DNA of 64,000 nucleotides from Escherichia coli (GTDB lineage Bacteria; Pseudomonadota; Gammaproteobacteria; Enterobacterales; Enterobacteriaceae): assembly GCF_044324785.1 (NCBI RefSeq), contig NZ_CP172127.1; one strand, 5' to 3'. A model generated the notes under the pieces. The model was not told the DNA's origin, did not search any database, and was given only the letters and a program-made list of their open reading frames with translations. Both the position numbers and the translations under genes were made by a program. Position 1 is the first letter of the stretch, and every line of letters starts with the position of its first letter. Shown here piece by piece: positions 38,330-47,242 of this stretch.

Positions 38330-38968
38330 ATGCCCGGGCGCTTTGAACTAAAACCAACCCTGGAGAAAGTCTGGCACGCGCCGGACAATTTTCGCTTCAT
38401 GGACCCGCTGCCGCCGATGCATCGTCGGGGGATCATTATTGCCGCCATTGTATTGGTGGTCGGATTTCTGCTTCCATCTGATGATACGCCCAACGCGCCG
38501 GTGGTGACGCGTGAAGCGCAGTTAGATATTCAGTCGCAATCACAACCGCCGACAGAAGAACAGCTGCGGGCGCAATTAGTCACCCCACAAAATGATCCTG
38601 ATCAGGTGGCTCCGGTCGCTCCAGAACCTATACAGGAAGGCCAGCCAGAAGAGCAGCCGCAAACCACCCAAACGCAACCATTCCAGCCAGATAGCGGAAT
38701 TGATAATCAATGGCGCTCTTACCGTGTCGAACCCGGTAAAACGATGGCGCAGCTGTTCCGCGACCACGGACTGCCCGCTACCGATGTCTATGCAATGGCG
38801 CAGGTAGAAGGCGCGGGTAAGCCGCTGAGTAATTTGCAAAACGGGCAGATGGTGAAAATCCGCCAGAACGCCAGCGGCGTGGTGACGGGCTTAACCATTG
38901 ATACGGGGAATAATCAACAGGTCCTGTTTACCCGCCAGCCGGATGGCAGTTTTATTCGTGCGCGGTAG
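38330..38968 (+). CDS. ytfB: OapA/LysM-like cell-division-associated protein
   Basis: 212 aa from internal ATG ([23 protein letters not shown]...), membrane anchor, Pro/Gln-rich linker. Confidence 0.8.
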   Translation: MPGRFELKPTLEKVWHAPDNFRFMDPLPPMHRRGIIIAAIVLVVGFLLPSDDTPNAPVVTREAQLDIQSQSQPPTEEQLRAQLVTPQNDPDQVAPVAPEPIQEGQPEEQPQTTQTQPFQPDSGIDNQWRSYRVEPGKTMAQLFRDHGLPATDVYAMAQVEGAGKPLSNLQNGQMVKIRQNASGVVTGLTIDTGNNQQVLFTRQPDGSFIRAR

Positions 38969-39599
38969 ATGAAGGATCAACCAAAAGCCAGCTAAGGAGC
39001 GTCTCTTTGATGACCTTACGTCTGGCTTCCAGTGCCTGGGGGGAAACCATACTGATATGATAAACTAGGCCAAGCGTATGCTGGTTGATCAAATAATATC
39101 CCCCAAGCGCAGCAATATTAATATTCACCTGCAATGGGTCGATATCTGGCTTAAAAATATTGTGTTTCTTCCCTTCATCCAATAAGGATTCCATTAACTG
39201 CAAGTGCGCATGGTTAATTTCTAAGAGACGCTGTGATTTTGCATAATGCACACCTTTACTTTGATTTTCACTATGCACAATTTTTAAAAACCAGGGGTTA
39301 GCAATATAATAATCCCATGTAAAATCAATAATTTTCTCAATGGCTTTTTGTGGCGGAAGATCTGAGAAATCAAGGGCCTTTTCTTTTTGTCGAATATCGT
39401 TCCAGGTATATTCCAGTACTTCAATAAATAAATTTTCTTTATTACCAAAGTGATGATAAACCGTCTGTTTACTACACCCCGCAGCCTTAACAATATTATC
39501 GACCCTGGCCCCTTCATAACCATATTCGGCAAATTCATTAACCGCGCATAACAGCAGCTTTTCCTTCAGGCTCTGTACGTTGCTGGTATCAAGATACAT
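38952..39599 (-). CDS. TetR/AcrR-family transcriptional regulator, divergent from the accessory operon (possibly the intact form of K-12 ytfA)
   Basis: 215 aa from ATG at 39599; N-terminal HTH ([23 protein letters not shown]); 3' end overlaps ytfB by about 17 nt. Confidence 0.8.
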   Translation of the reverse strand: MYLDTSNVQSLKEKLLLCAVNEFAEYGYEGARVDNIVKAAGCSKQTVYHHFGNKENLFIEVLEYTWNDIRQKEKALDFSDLPPQKAIEKIIDFTWDYYIANPWFLKIVHSENQSKGVHYAKSQRLLEINHAHLQLMESLLDEGKKHNIFKPDIDPLQVNINIAALGGYYLINQHTLGLVYHISMVSPQALEARRKVIKETLLSWLLVDPSSTAHE

Positions 39600-39721
39600 A
39601 ACGCTTCCCCACGACCTCTTCAAGACAACTATCTTAACCCGATTAATTAGAAGCTCCAGTAAAAAGGATAAAAACTTGTACTTTCATCAAGTTATCAAAT
39701 GTCCTGTGATCACTATCGCAT

Positions 39722-39743
39722 ATCAACCAACCAGATGGTTGAT
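39722..39743. promoter_or_regulatory. Perfect inverted repeat ATCAACCA-N6-TGGTTGAT in divergent promoter region; candidate operator of the TetR regulator
   Basis: Verified against ORF-track translation of this region; a second repeat CTTGCG-N6-CGCAAG lies at about 39748-39765. Confidence 0.4.
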
Positions 39744-39809
39744 CTTTCTTGCGGCACGTCGCAAGCTAATTGTCACTTAGAAACAATATTCAAAAAAGAG
39801 AGCTATTGT

Positions 39810-40601
39810 ATGAAATCCACTCGTCCTGTTGCCGTGATTACCGGAGCCGCTCGTGGTATTGGAAAGGGCTGTGCGCTGGAGCTTGCTCGTGGCGGATTTA
39901 ACCTGCTGATTAACGATCGCCCCGATGATGACAGCGTAGAAAAATTACATGCCACGCAACAGGAATGTCTGGCAGAAGGTGTGGAAGTGATTTGCTTCCC
40001 TGCCGATGTCGGCGATCTCTCCTTGCATGAAGAGATGCTCGACGCGGCACAAAACCAGTGGGGACGTCTGGACTGCCTGCTCAACAACGCAGGCATTTCA
40101 GTGAAAAAACGCGGTGACCTTCTCGACCTCGAACCAGACAGCTTCGACCAAAATATTGCCATTAACACCCGCGCACCGTTCTTCCTCGCTCAGGCATTCA
40201 GTAAGCGCTTACTGGCACAGCCGAAACCGGAAGCAGAACTGCCGCACCGCTCGATTATTTTTGTCAGTTCCATCAACGCCATCATGCTGGCGATGAATCG
40301 CGGCGAATATACCATTGCCAAAACTGCCGTCTCTGCCGCTGCTCGTCTGTTTGCTGCTCGGCTTTGTAATGAACAAATTGGCGTTTATGAAGTGCGTCCT
40401 GGTCTCATCAAAACCGATATGACTATTCCGGCAACGGCCTATTACGACGAACTGATTGCCAAAGGTCTGGTGCCGTGGGGACGTTGGGGTTATCCGGCTG
40501 ATATTGCTTCCACTGTCCGCGCGATGGCGGAAGGTAAACTGATTTACACCTGTGGTCAGGCGGTTGCCATTGACGGCGGCTTAAGTATGCCGCGTTTCTG
40601 A
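39810..40601 (+). CDS. Short-chain dehydrogenase/reductase (classical SDR, FabG-like)
   Basis: 263 aa; TGAARGIGKG cofactor motif, NNAG, catalytic Y-x3-K (YTIAK); RBS AAAGAGAG upstream. Confidence 0.8.
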   Translation: MKSTRPVAVITGAARGIGKGCALELARGGFNLLINDRPDDDSVEKLHATQQECLAEGVEVICFPADVGDLSLHEEMLDAAQNQWGRLDCLLNNAGISVKKRGDLLDLEPDSFDQNIAINTRAPFFLAQAFSKRLLAQPKPEAELPHRSIIFVSSINAIMLAMNRGEYTIAKTAVSAAARLFAARLCNEQIGVYEVRPGLIKTDMTIPATAYYDELIAKGLVPWGRWGYPADIASTVRAMAEGKLIYTCGQAVAIDGGLSMPRF

Positions 40602-40610
40602 GGCTGAATC

Positions 40611-41453
40611 ATGAGAGATCTGTTACAACGCCCGGATTTATTCAGTATCAATACCGCGACACTGGGCTATAAAACGCCGCTTCCCGCCATTATTGATGCC
40701 TGCGCCGCACGCGGTATTGGCGCAATTGCCCCCTGGCGCAGGGAGTTGCAGGGTGAAGATCTCCAGCAAATCGCCCGCCAGCTTGCCGCCAGTAAGATGA
40801 ACGTTTCCGGTTTGTGCCGTAGCACTTACTACACCGCGCCGACACTGGCGGAACGCAAACTGGCGATTGATGATAACCGCCGGGCGCTGGACGACGCAGC
40901 GGTGCTTAACGCCGCCTGTTATATGCAGGTGGTTGGCGGGTTACCGCAGGGAACAAAAGATTTGTACGAAGCGCGGGAACAAGTAAAACAAGGGATTCGC
41001 CAGTTGCTGCCACATTCGAAAGATGTCGGCGTGCCAATTGCGCTGGAGCCGCTGCACCCGATGACTGCTGCCGACCGCTCTTGCCTGTGCACGTTACGTC
41101 AGGCGCTGGACTGGTGTGATGAACTCGATCCCGATGGTGAGTTTGGCCTCGGCGTAGCGGTAGATGTCTACCATGTCTGGTGGGACCCGGATCTCGCCAG
41201 CCAACTCCAGCGCGCCGGAAAACGCATCCTCGCGTTTCATGTTTCCGACTGGTTAGTACCAACCACCGATCTGGTCAATGACCGTGGAATGCCGGGAGAT
41301 GGCGTCATCAATATTCCGTCAATTCGTCGGCTGGTTGAAAACGCCGGATTTAATGGCGCTATTGAACTGGAAATATTCTCGCCGTACTGGTGGCAAAAAG
41401 ATATTAACAGCACGCTGGATATTAGCGTCGATCGCATCGCGCATTATTGCTAA
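40611..41453 (+). CDS. Xylose-isomerase-like TIM-barrel enzyme (sugar-phosphate isomerase/epimerase or dehydratase superfamily)
   Basis: 280 aa; conserved metal-ligand-like positions (LEPLHP, HVSDW, ELEIFS); starts 9 nt after SDR stop. Confidence 0.75.
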   Translation: MRDLLQRPDLFSINTATLGYKTPLPAIIDACAARGIGAIAPWRRELQGEDLQQIARQLAASKMNVSGLCRSTYYTAPTLAERKLAIDDNRRALDDAAVLNAACYMQVVGGLPQGTKDLYEAREQVKQGIRQLLPHSKDVGVPIALEPLHPMTAADRSCLCTLRQALDWCDELDPDGEFGLGVAVDVYHVWWDPDLASQLQRAGKRILAFHVSDWLVPTTDLVNDRGMPGDGVINIPSIRRLVENAGFNGAIELEIFSPYWWQKDINSTLDISVDRIAHYC

Positions 41454-41462
41454 GGAATGATT

Positions 41463-42239
41463 ATGAGTGACCAACCCGTTCTGTTCAGCAGAGCGGCGGC
41501 TTCCTGCCGTCTGACATTGAACCGTGAAGATAAATGTCATGCTATTAATGAAGAGATGATTGAATCTCTCGATCATTATTTAAATGAAATTGAAAACGAC
41601 ACCACATTACGATTAGTCGAATTAACGGCAACCGGCGATAAATTCTTTTGTGCGGGCGGCGATATTAAATCGTGGTCAGCCTATTCGCCATTAGATATGG
41701 GCAGAAAATGGATTAAACGCGGTAATGACGTTTTTAATCGCCTGCGCAACTTACCCCAATTAACCGTTGCAAATCTCAACGGTCATACCATCGGCGGTGG
41801 TATTGAACTTGCTTTGTGCTGCGATATTCGTATTGCCCGTCCCGGCGCGAAATTCTCTAACCCGGAAGTGATGCTCGGCATGGTGCCTGGCTGGATGGGC
41901 ATTGAACGTGTGCTTAATCAGGTCGGTCCGGTGGTCGGTCGCCAGATGCTGATGCTGGGTAAACGCCTGACGGCGCGGGAAGCTCAGGCGGCGAATTTAA
42001 TTGATGAAGTGGTAGAAAAAGAACAGGTGGAAAGCTGGATGGCGAACCAGTTAGCGCAGCTGGAAAAATGTGGTCCGGTGGCGCTCGCACATATCAAGCA
42101 ACTGATTCTGGCACTGGAAAATAAACATGCCGATTACCCGCACCAGCTACTGGCTGGATTAATGTCCGCCACTCAGGATTGCCAGCAGGCGACGCGCGCG
42201 TTTGCCGAAAAAAGTAGCGTGAGCTTCCACAATCAATAA
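41463..42239 (+). CDS. Enoyl-CoA hydratase/isomerase (crotonase fold)
   Basis: 258 aa; oxyanion-hole segments FCAGGDIKSW and NGHTIGGGIELALCCDIRIA; start taken at second ATG, 6 nt after AAGGA. Confidence 0.8.
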   Translation: MSDQPVLFSRAAASCRLTLNREDKCHAINEEMIESLDHYLNEIENDTTLRLVELTATGDKFFCAGGDIKSWSAYSPLDMGRKWIKRGNDVFNRLRNLPQLTVANLNGHTIGGGIELALCCDIRIARPGAKFSNPEVMLGMVPGWMGIERVLNQVGPVVGRQMLMLGKRLTAREAQAANLIDEVVEKEQVESWMANQLAQLEKCGPVALAHIKQLILALENKHADYPHQLLAGLMSATQDCQQATRAFAEKSSVSFHNQ

Positions 42240-42248
42240 GGAAATTGT

Positions 42249-43790
42249 ATGCGTAAGATAACAACCGCCGAGGCACTGGCGGCGCAAATTCAGGACGGCG
42301 CAACCATTGCCATTAGCGGTAACGGCGGCGGCATGGTGGAAGCTGACCATATTATGGCCGCCATTGAAGCGCGTTTCCTGCAAACCGGACACCCTCGCGA
42401 TCTGACATTGATCCACTCGCTGGGTATTGGCGATCGCGACAGCAAAGGCACTAACCGTTTTGCTCACGCCGAAATGCTCAAACGCATTATTGCCGGACAT
42501 TTTACCTGGTCGCCCAAGATGCAGGAACTGGTGAAAAGCAATGCTATTGAAGCCTACTGTTTCCCTGGTGGCGTGATTCAGGCGTTGCTACGGGAGATCG
42601 GTGCCGGACGTCCGGGGCTTTTTACCCACGTTGGGCTGGGATCGTTTGTTGATCCACGCAATGGCGGCGGTAAGTCGAATGAATGCACTACCGACGACCT
42701 GGTAGAACTGATTGAAATCGACGGTGAGACCAAACTTCGTTATCGCCCTTTCAAAGTGGATTACGCGATTTTGCGTGGCACTTATGCCGATCCACGAGGC
42801 AACGTTAGCCTCGAAGAAGAAGCGATTGATATGGATAGCTATTCGATGGCGCTGGCAGCACACAACAGCGGTGGCAAAGTGTTCGTACAGGTACGCGATG
42901 TGCTGGAAGCAGGTGCCATTGAACCACGCCGGGTTAAATTACCGGGGATTCTGGTTGATGGCATCGTTGAACACCGCGAACAGCCACAAACCTATCTTGG
43001 CAGTTACGACCTGACCATCAGCGGCCAACATCGCCGTCTGAGTTCTAACGACGCTATTGAGCTGGTTAGTCATCCGGTGCGTCGCCTGATTGCCCGTCGG
43101 GCAGCGCGGGAACTGGTGGCAGGCGCTTCAACCAACTTTGGCTTTGGTATTCCCGGCGGCATTCCAGGAGTAGCGCTGCGCGAAGGCGTGCCTTACCAAA
43201 GTTTATGGCTGAGCGTCGAGCAAGGCGTGCATAACGGTATGATGCTGGATGATGCGTTTTTCGGCTGCGCCCGCAACGCCGATGCCATTATTCCATCACT
43301 CGATCAATTTGAGTTCTACAGTGGTGGAGGGATCGATATCACCTTCCTCGGCATGGGAGAGATGGATCAGTACGGTAACGTCAACGTATCCCATCTCAAT
43401 GGCAATCTGATTGGCCCCGGCGGATTTCTCGAAATTGCGCAAAATGCCCGTAAAGTGGTGTTCTGCGGCACGTTCGACGCTAAAGGCAGCAAAATCGATA
43501 TAACGCCAGATGGCTTGCATATCGCCCAGTCAGGTCAAATCCCTAAACTGGTTACCCAGGTGGAAAAAATCACTTTTAGCGCCGCCTACGCACAGCAAAG
43601 TGGTCAGGAAGTGTTGTATATCACTGAGCGCGCAGTATTCCAGTTAACGGCAGAAGGCGTTGAATTAATTGAAATCGCGCCGGGTGTAGAGATTGAGCGC
43701 GACATTCTGCCGTTCATGGCTTTCCGTCCAATTATCAAGCACCCACGCCTGATGGAAAGTAGCCTGTTTACGCCGATGGAGGATGCATGA
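42249..43790 (+). CDS. Family-I CoA-transferase, fused alpha/beta subunits (YdiF / propionate-CoA-transferase-like)
   Basis: 513 aa; N-terminal ISGNGGG and later SGGGIDITFLGMGEMDQYGNVNVS segments typical of 3-oxoacid CoA-transferases. Confidence 0.75.
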   Translation: MRKITTAEALAAQIQDGATIAISGNGGGMVEADHIMAAIEARFLQTGHPRDLTLIHSLGIGDRDSKGTNRFAHAEMLKRIIAGHFTWSPKMQELVKSNAIEAYCFPGGVIQALLREIGAGRPGLFTHVGLGSFVDPRNGGGKSNECTTDDLVELIEIDGETKLRYRPFKVDYAILRGTYADPRGNVSLEEEAIDMDSYSMALAAHNSGGKVFVQVRDVLEAGAIEPRRVKLPGILVDGIVEHREQPQTYLGSYDLTISGQHRRLSSNDAIELVSHPVRRLIARRAARELVAGASTNFGFGIPGGIPGVALREGVPYQSLWLSVEQGVHNGMMLDDAFFGCARNADAIIPSLDQFEFYSGGGIDITFLGMGEMDQYGNVNVSHLNGNLIGPGGFLEIAQNARKVVFCGTFDAKGSKIDITPDGLHIAQSGQIPKLVTQVEKITFSAAYAQQSGQEVLYITERAVFQLTAEGVELIEIAPGVEIERDILPFMAFRPIIKHPRLMESSLFTPMEDA

Positions 43791-45859
43791 GTCAGCTTGA
43801 TGACACCATCCTTGATGCGCTGACGCACGTCACTTTCCCAAAGGGGTTTGTGTCAGCAGAGCCAACGTCAATTGTCACCGTTGAGGATGTTGATTACCCG
43901 ATCTGGCAAGTTGATGCGCTGGTCGTTGGTAGCGGCGCAGCAGGATTACGTGCGGCAGTTGAACTTAAACGCCGCCAGCAAAATGTGCTGATCGCCACCG
44001 CCGGGTTATATATGGGGACGTCGGCATGTTCTGGTTCCGATAAACAGACGTTGTTTACCGCCGCTACCGCGGGCAACGGCGACAACTTCGCCAAACTGGC
44101 AGAGGCACTTGCGAGCGGTGGGGCGATGGATCACGACACCGCTTATGTCGAAGCGGTAGGTTCTCTGCACACTCTTGGCGGGTTGCAATATCTTGGTCTG
44201 GAATTACCGGAAGATCGCTATGGCGCGATTCTTCGTTATCAAACCGACCATGACGAAGCCGGGCGTGCAACCTCGTGTGGGCCGCGTACCTCAAGGTTAA
44301 TGGTGAAAGTGCTGCTGGAAGAAGTACAGCGTCTTGCTATCCCAATGTTGACCAGTGCAACAGTGATTAAACTGCTGCATCAGCGTGACGAAAACGGCGA
44401 AGACCGCGTGGCGGGGGCTATCCTCGCGACCGGTCATCGCGCCCATAACCCATGGGGGCTGGCAATTGTGATTGCGCCCAATGTGGTACTGGCAACAGGA
44501 GGGCCTGGCGAGCTTTATCGCGACAGTGTGTACCCACACAAATGTTTCGGCTCGCTGGGTCTGGCGCTGGAGGAAGGTCTGACGCTAACGAATCTGACTG
44601 AAAGCCAGTTTGGTATAGGCACACCGCGCAGCACGTTTCCGTGGAATTTGTCCGGGACTTATGTACAGGTGATCCCATATATCTATTCCGTGGATGCTGA
44701 GGGTAACGAGTATAACTTCCTCGCGGATTACTATCGCACCACCCAGGAGCTGGCTTCAAACATTTTCCGTAAAGGCTATCAGTGGCCGTTCCACGCCACT
44801 CGGGTGATGGATTTTGGCTCCAGCTTGTTAGATATGGCAGTAGCGCAAGAGCAGCAATCAGGGCGTCAGGTATTTATGGATTTCAATCGCAATCCTGAAG
44901 CGGTGCCGGGTGACCTGCCCTTCTCATTAGATCGACTGGACGACGACGTTCGCGCGTATCTGGAAAATAACGACGCTCTGGCACCATCGCCCATCGAACG
45001 GCTGCAACGAATGAATCCGCTGTCTATCTCGCTGTATAAGATGCACGGTTACGATCTCACCACACAGCCATTGCAGTTTGCCATGAATAATCAGCATATG
45101 AATGGCGGCATTGAAGTCGATATCTGGGGACAAACATCTCTACCCGGTTGTTTTGCAGTGGGGGAAGTTGCTGGCACACACGGCGTCACCCGACCTGGCG
45201 GCGCGGCATTGAATGCCGGGCAGGTTTTTGCTGTTCGTCTGGCACGTTTTATTGGTTGCACGCAAAAGCGGAATATTGATGGAGATATAGCACAGCTGGC
45301 AGCTCCGGCACTGGCTTCTATAAGAGAGATCATTACTCAGGCGCACGATAACGGGACCGGGATGCCGTTGTCGGTTGTGAGAGAAAAAATTCAGGCACGA
45401 ATGTCTGACCATGCGGGATTTATTTGTCATGCCGATAAAGTCCGACGCGCCACTCGTGATGCCCTGCTATTGAACGAATTTGTCCAACGGCATGGATTGG
45501 CAATCAAACATGTGGGTGAAGTTTCCGAGCTGTTTATGTGGCGGCATATGGCGCTGACTTCTGCCGCGGTATTAACACAATTAACGCATTATATTGATGC
45601 TGGTGGCGGCAGTCGTGGGGCGCGGATGGTTATTGATCCACAAGGCAAATGCCTACCACAAACTCGTCGCGGCGTAAAAGAAGAATGGCGTTTTCGCTCT
45701 GAACTCGCTGAAGATAAAAATCACAAATTAACAATTCAATATTCGCAAGGTTCTTTTATTACCGAAGTAAAGTCTTTACGTATGCAACCGTGTATTAACG
45801 GTATTTACTTTGAAAAAAACTGGCCAGACTTTTTAAAGGGAGACATTTACACACAATAA
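43787..45859 (+). CDS. FAD-binding oxidoreductase of the fumarate-reductase/succinate-dehydrogenase flavoprotein superfamily
   Basis: 690 aa; dinucleotide fold VVGSGAAGLRAA, later GEVAGTHGVTRPGGAALNAGQVFAVRLARF; ATGA overlap with upstream gene. Confidence 0.75.
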   Translation: MSQLDDTILDALTHVTFPKGFVSAEPTSIVTVEDVDYPIWQVDALVVGSGAAGLRAAVELKRRQQNVLIATAGLYMGTSACSGSDKQTLFTAATAGNGDNFAKLAEALASGGAMDHDTAYVEAVGSLHTLGGLQYLGLELPEDRYGAILRYQTDHDEAGRATSCGPRTSRLMVKVLLEEVQRLAIPMLTSATVIKLLHQRDENGEDRVAGAILATGHRAHNPWGLAIVIAPNVVLATGGPGELYRDSVYPHKCFGSLGLALEEGLTLTNLTESQFGIGTPRSTFPWNLSGTYVQVIPYIYSVDAEGNEYNFLADYYRTTQELASNIFRKGYQWPFHATRVMDFGSSLLDMAVAQEQQSGRQVFMDFNRNPEAVPGDLPFSLDRLDDDVRAYLENNDALAPSPIERLQRMNPLSISLYKMHGYDLTTQPLQFAMNNQHMNGGIEVDIWGQTSLPGCFAVGEVAGTHGVTRPGGAALNAGQVFAVRLARFIGCTQKRNIDGDIAQLAAPALASIREIITQAHDNGTGMPLSVVREKIQARMSDHAGFICHADKVRRATRDALLLNEFVQRHGLAIKHVGEVSELFMWRHMALTSAAVLTQLTHYIDAGGGSRGARMVIDPQGKCLPQTRRGVKEEWRFRSELAEDKNHKLTIQYSQGSFITEVKSLRMQPCINGIYFEKNWPDFLKGDIYTQ

Positions 45860-45951
45860 TTTTCAATATTTCCTCTGTACCTGATTTTTATTGCCTATTA
45901 CATGGAAATACCAACAACCAGGGTTTATTAATATAATTAAAAGGTTTAAAA

Positions 45952-47229
45952 ATGAATAAAATAAAGAATTATCGATGGCATATGATTGCCCTCGTATGCT
46001 TTATCACTGTAATCAATTATCTGGACAGAACGGCGTTAGGTATTGCGGCTCCAACGATTATGGAGACAACCGGAATAACTAAAGAGCAATATTCATGGAT
46101 TGTCAGTGCATTCCAGTTGGCCTATACATTAGGGCAACCGGTAATGGGCTTCTTTATTGATACCGTGGGTCTGAAGTTAAGTTTTGCGATATGTGCCGCA
46201 ATTTGGGGCCTGGCGACAATGGGCCATGCACTAACCGGAACGTGGTCTGGTCTGGCATTTATGCGCGCCCTGATGGGTTTCAGCGAAGCGTCGGCAATTC
46301 CGGCGGGTGTAAAAACCGCATCAACATGGTTCCCGGCAAAAGAGCGTGGCGTGGCGACAGGTGTTTTCAATATGGGCACCTCACTCGGCGCGATGCTTGC
46401 TCCACCGTTGATTGCCTGGTGCATTATGTTTCATAGCTGGCAATTTGCGTTTATTGTTTCAGGTAGCCTTGCTTTGCTCGCGGCTTTATTTTGGTTCTTT
46501 TGTTATAAAGATCCGAAAGATGCCAAACGCCTTTCTGATGAAGAGCGCCACTATATTGAATCAGGGCAAGAACAGCATCTTAAAACAGATAAGAAAGAAA
46601 AAACGTCAATCAAGCATATCCTCAGCCAACGTAATTTCTGGGGGATTGGCATCGCGCGTTTTCTCGCAGACCCGGCATGGGGAACCATTAACTTCTGGGT
46701 GCCGATTTTCTTCGTCGAAACGCTGCATTTTAGCCTGAAAGAAATTGCCATGTTCGTCTGGCTGCCTTTCCTGCTGGGCGATCTCGGCTGTTTAGCCAGT
46801 GGTTTTGTCGCGAAGTTCTTCCACGATCGCGGCGTGAGTTTAATTAACTCACGAAGAATTACCTTCACTATTGCAGCCGTCATTATGATGACGATTGGCC
46901 TGGTGAGTATTGTCGAAAATCCCTACATTGCCGTATTACTGATTAGTATTGGCGCGTTCTCGCATCAATGTCTTTCTACTGTAGCAGCAACTCTGGGTGG
47001 CGATCTGTTCAAAAAAGACGAAGTAGCTACCGCAGTGGGTATGGCAGGAGCCTGTGCGTGGAGCGGTCAGTTGATTTTCAACCTGTTCATCGGGGCATTC
47101 GTTCACATTATCGGCTTCGCGCCGTTCTTTATTGCCCTGGCTTTCTTTGACATTATTGGTGCTATTGCGTTGTGGACGCTTATCAAAGTTAAAGATGAAG
47201 AACCGCAAGTACAGCTAGCTACCCATTAA
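45952..47229 (+). CDS. MFS transporter, anion:cation symporter (ACS) family, ExuT/DgoT-like
   Basis: 425 aa; N-terminus NYRWHMIALVCFITVINYLDRTALGIAAPTIME and FPAKERG loop resemble hexuronate/aldonate transporters. Confidence 0.85.
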   Translation: MNKIKNYRWHMIALVCFITVINYLDRTALGIAAPTIMETTGITKEQYSWIVSAFQLAYTLGQPVMGFFIDTVGLKLSFAICAAIWGLATMGHALTGTWSGLAFMRALMGFSEASAIPAGVKTASTWFPAKERGVATGVFNMGTSLGAMLAPPLIAWCIMFHSWQFAFIVSGSLALLAALFWFFCYKDPKDAKRLSDEERHYIESGQEQHLKTDKKEKTSIKHILSQRNFWGIGIARFLADPAWGTINFWVPIFFVETLHFSLKEIAMFVWLPFLLGDLGCLASGFVAKFFHDRGVSLINSRRITFTIAAVIMMTIGLVSIVENPYIAVLLISIGAFSHQCLSTVAATLGGDLFKKDEVATAVGMAGACAWSGQLIFNLFIGAFVHIIGFAPFFIALAFFDIIGAIALWTLIKVKDEEPQVQLATH

Positions 47230-47242
47230 TTATTTTAAATAA

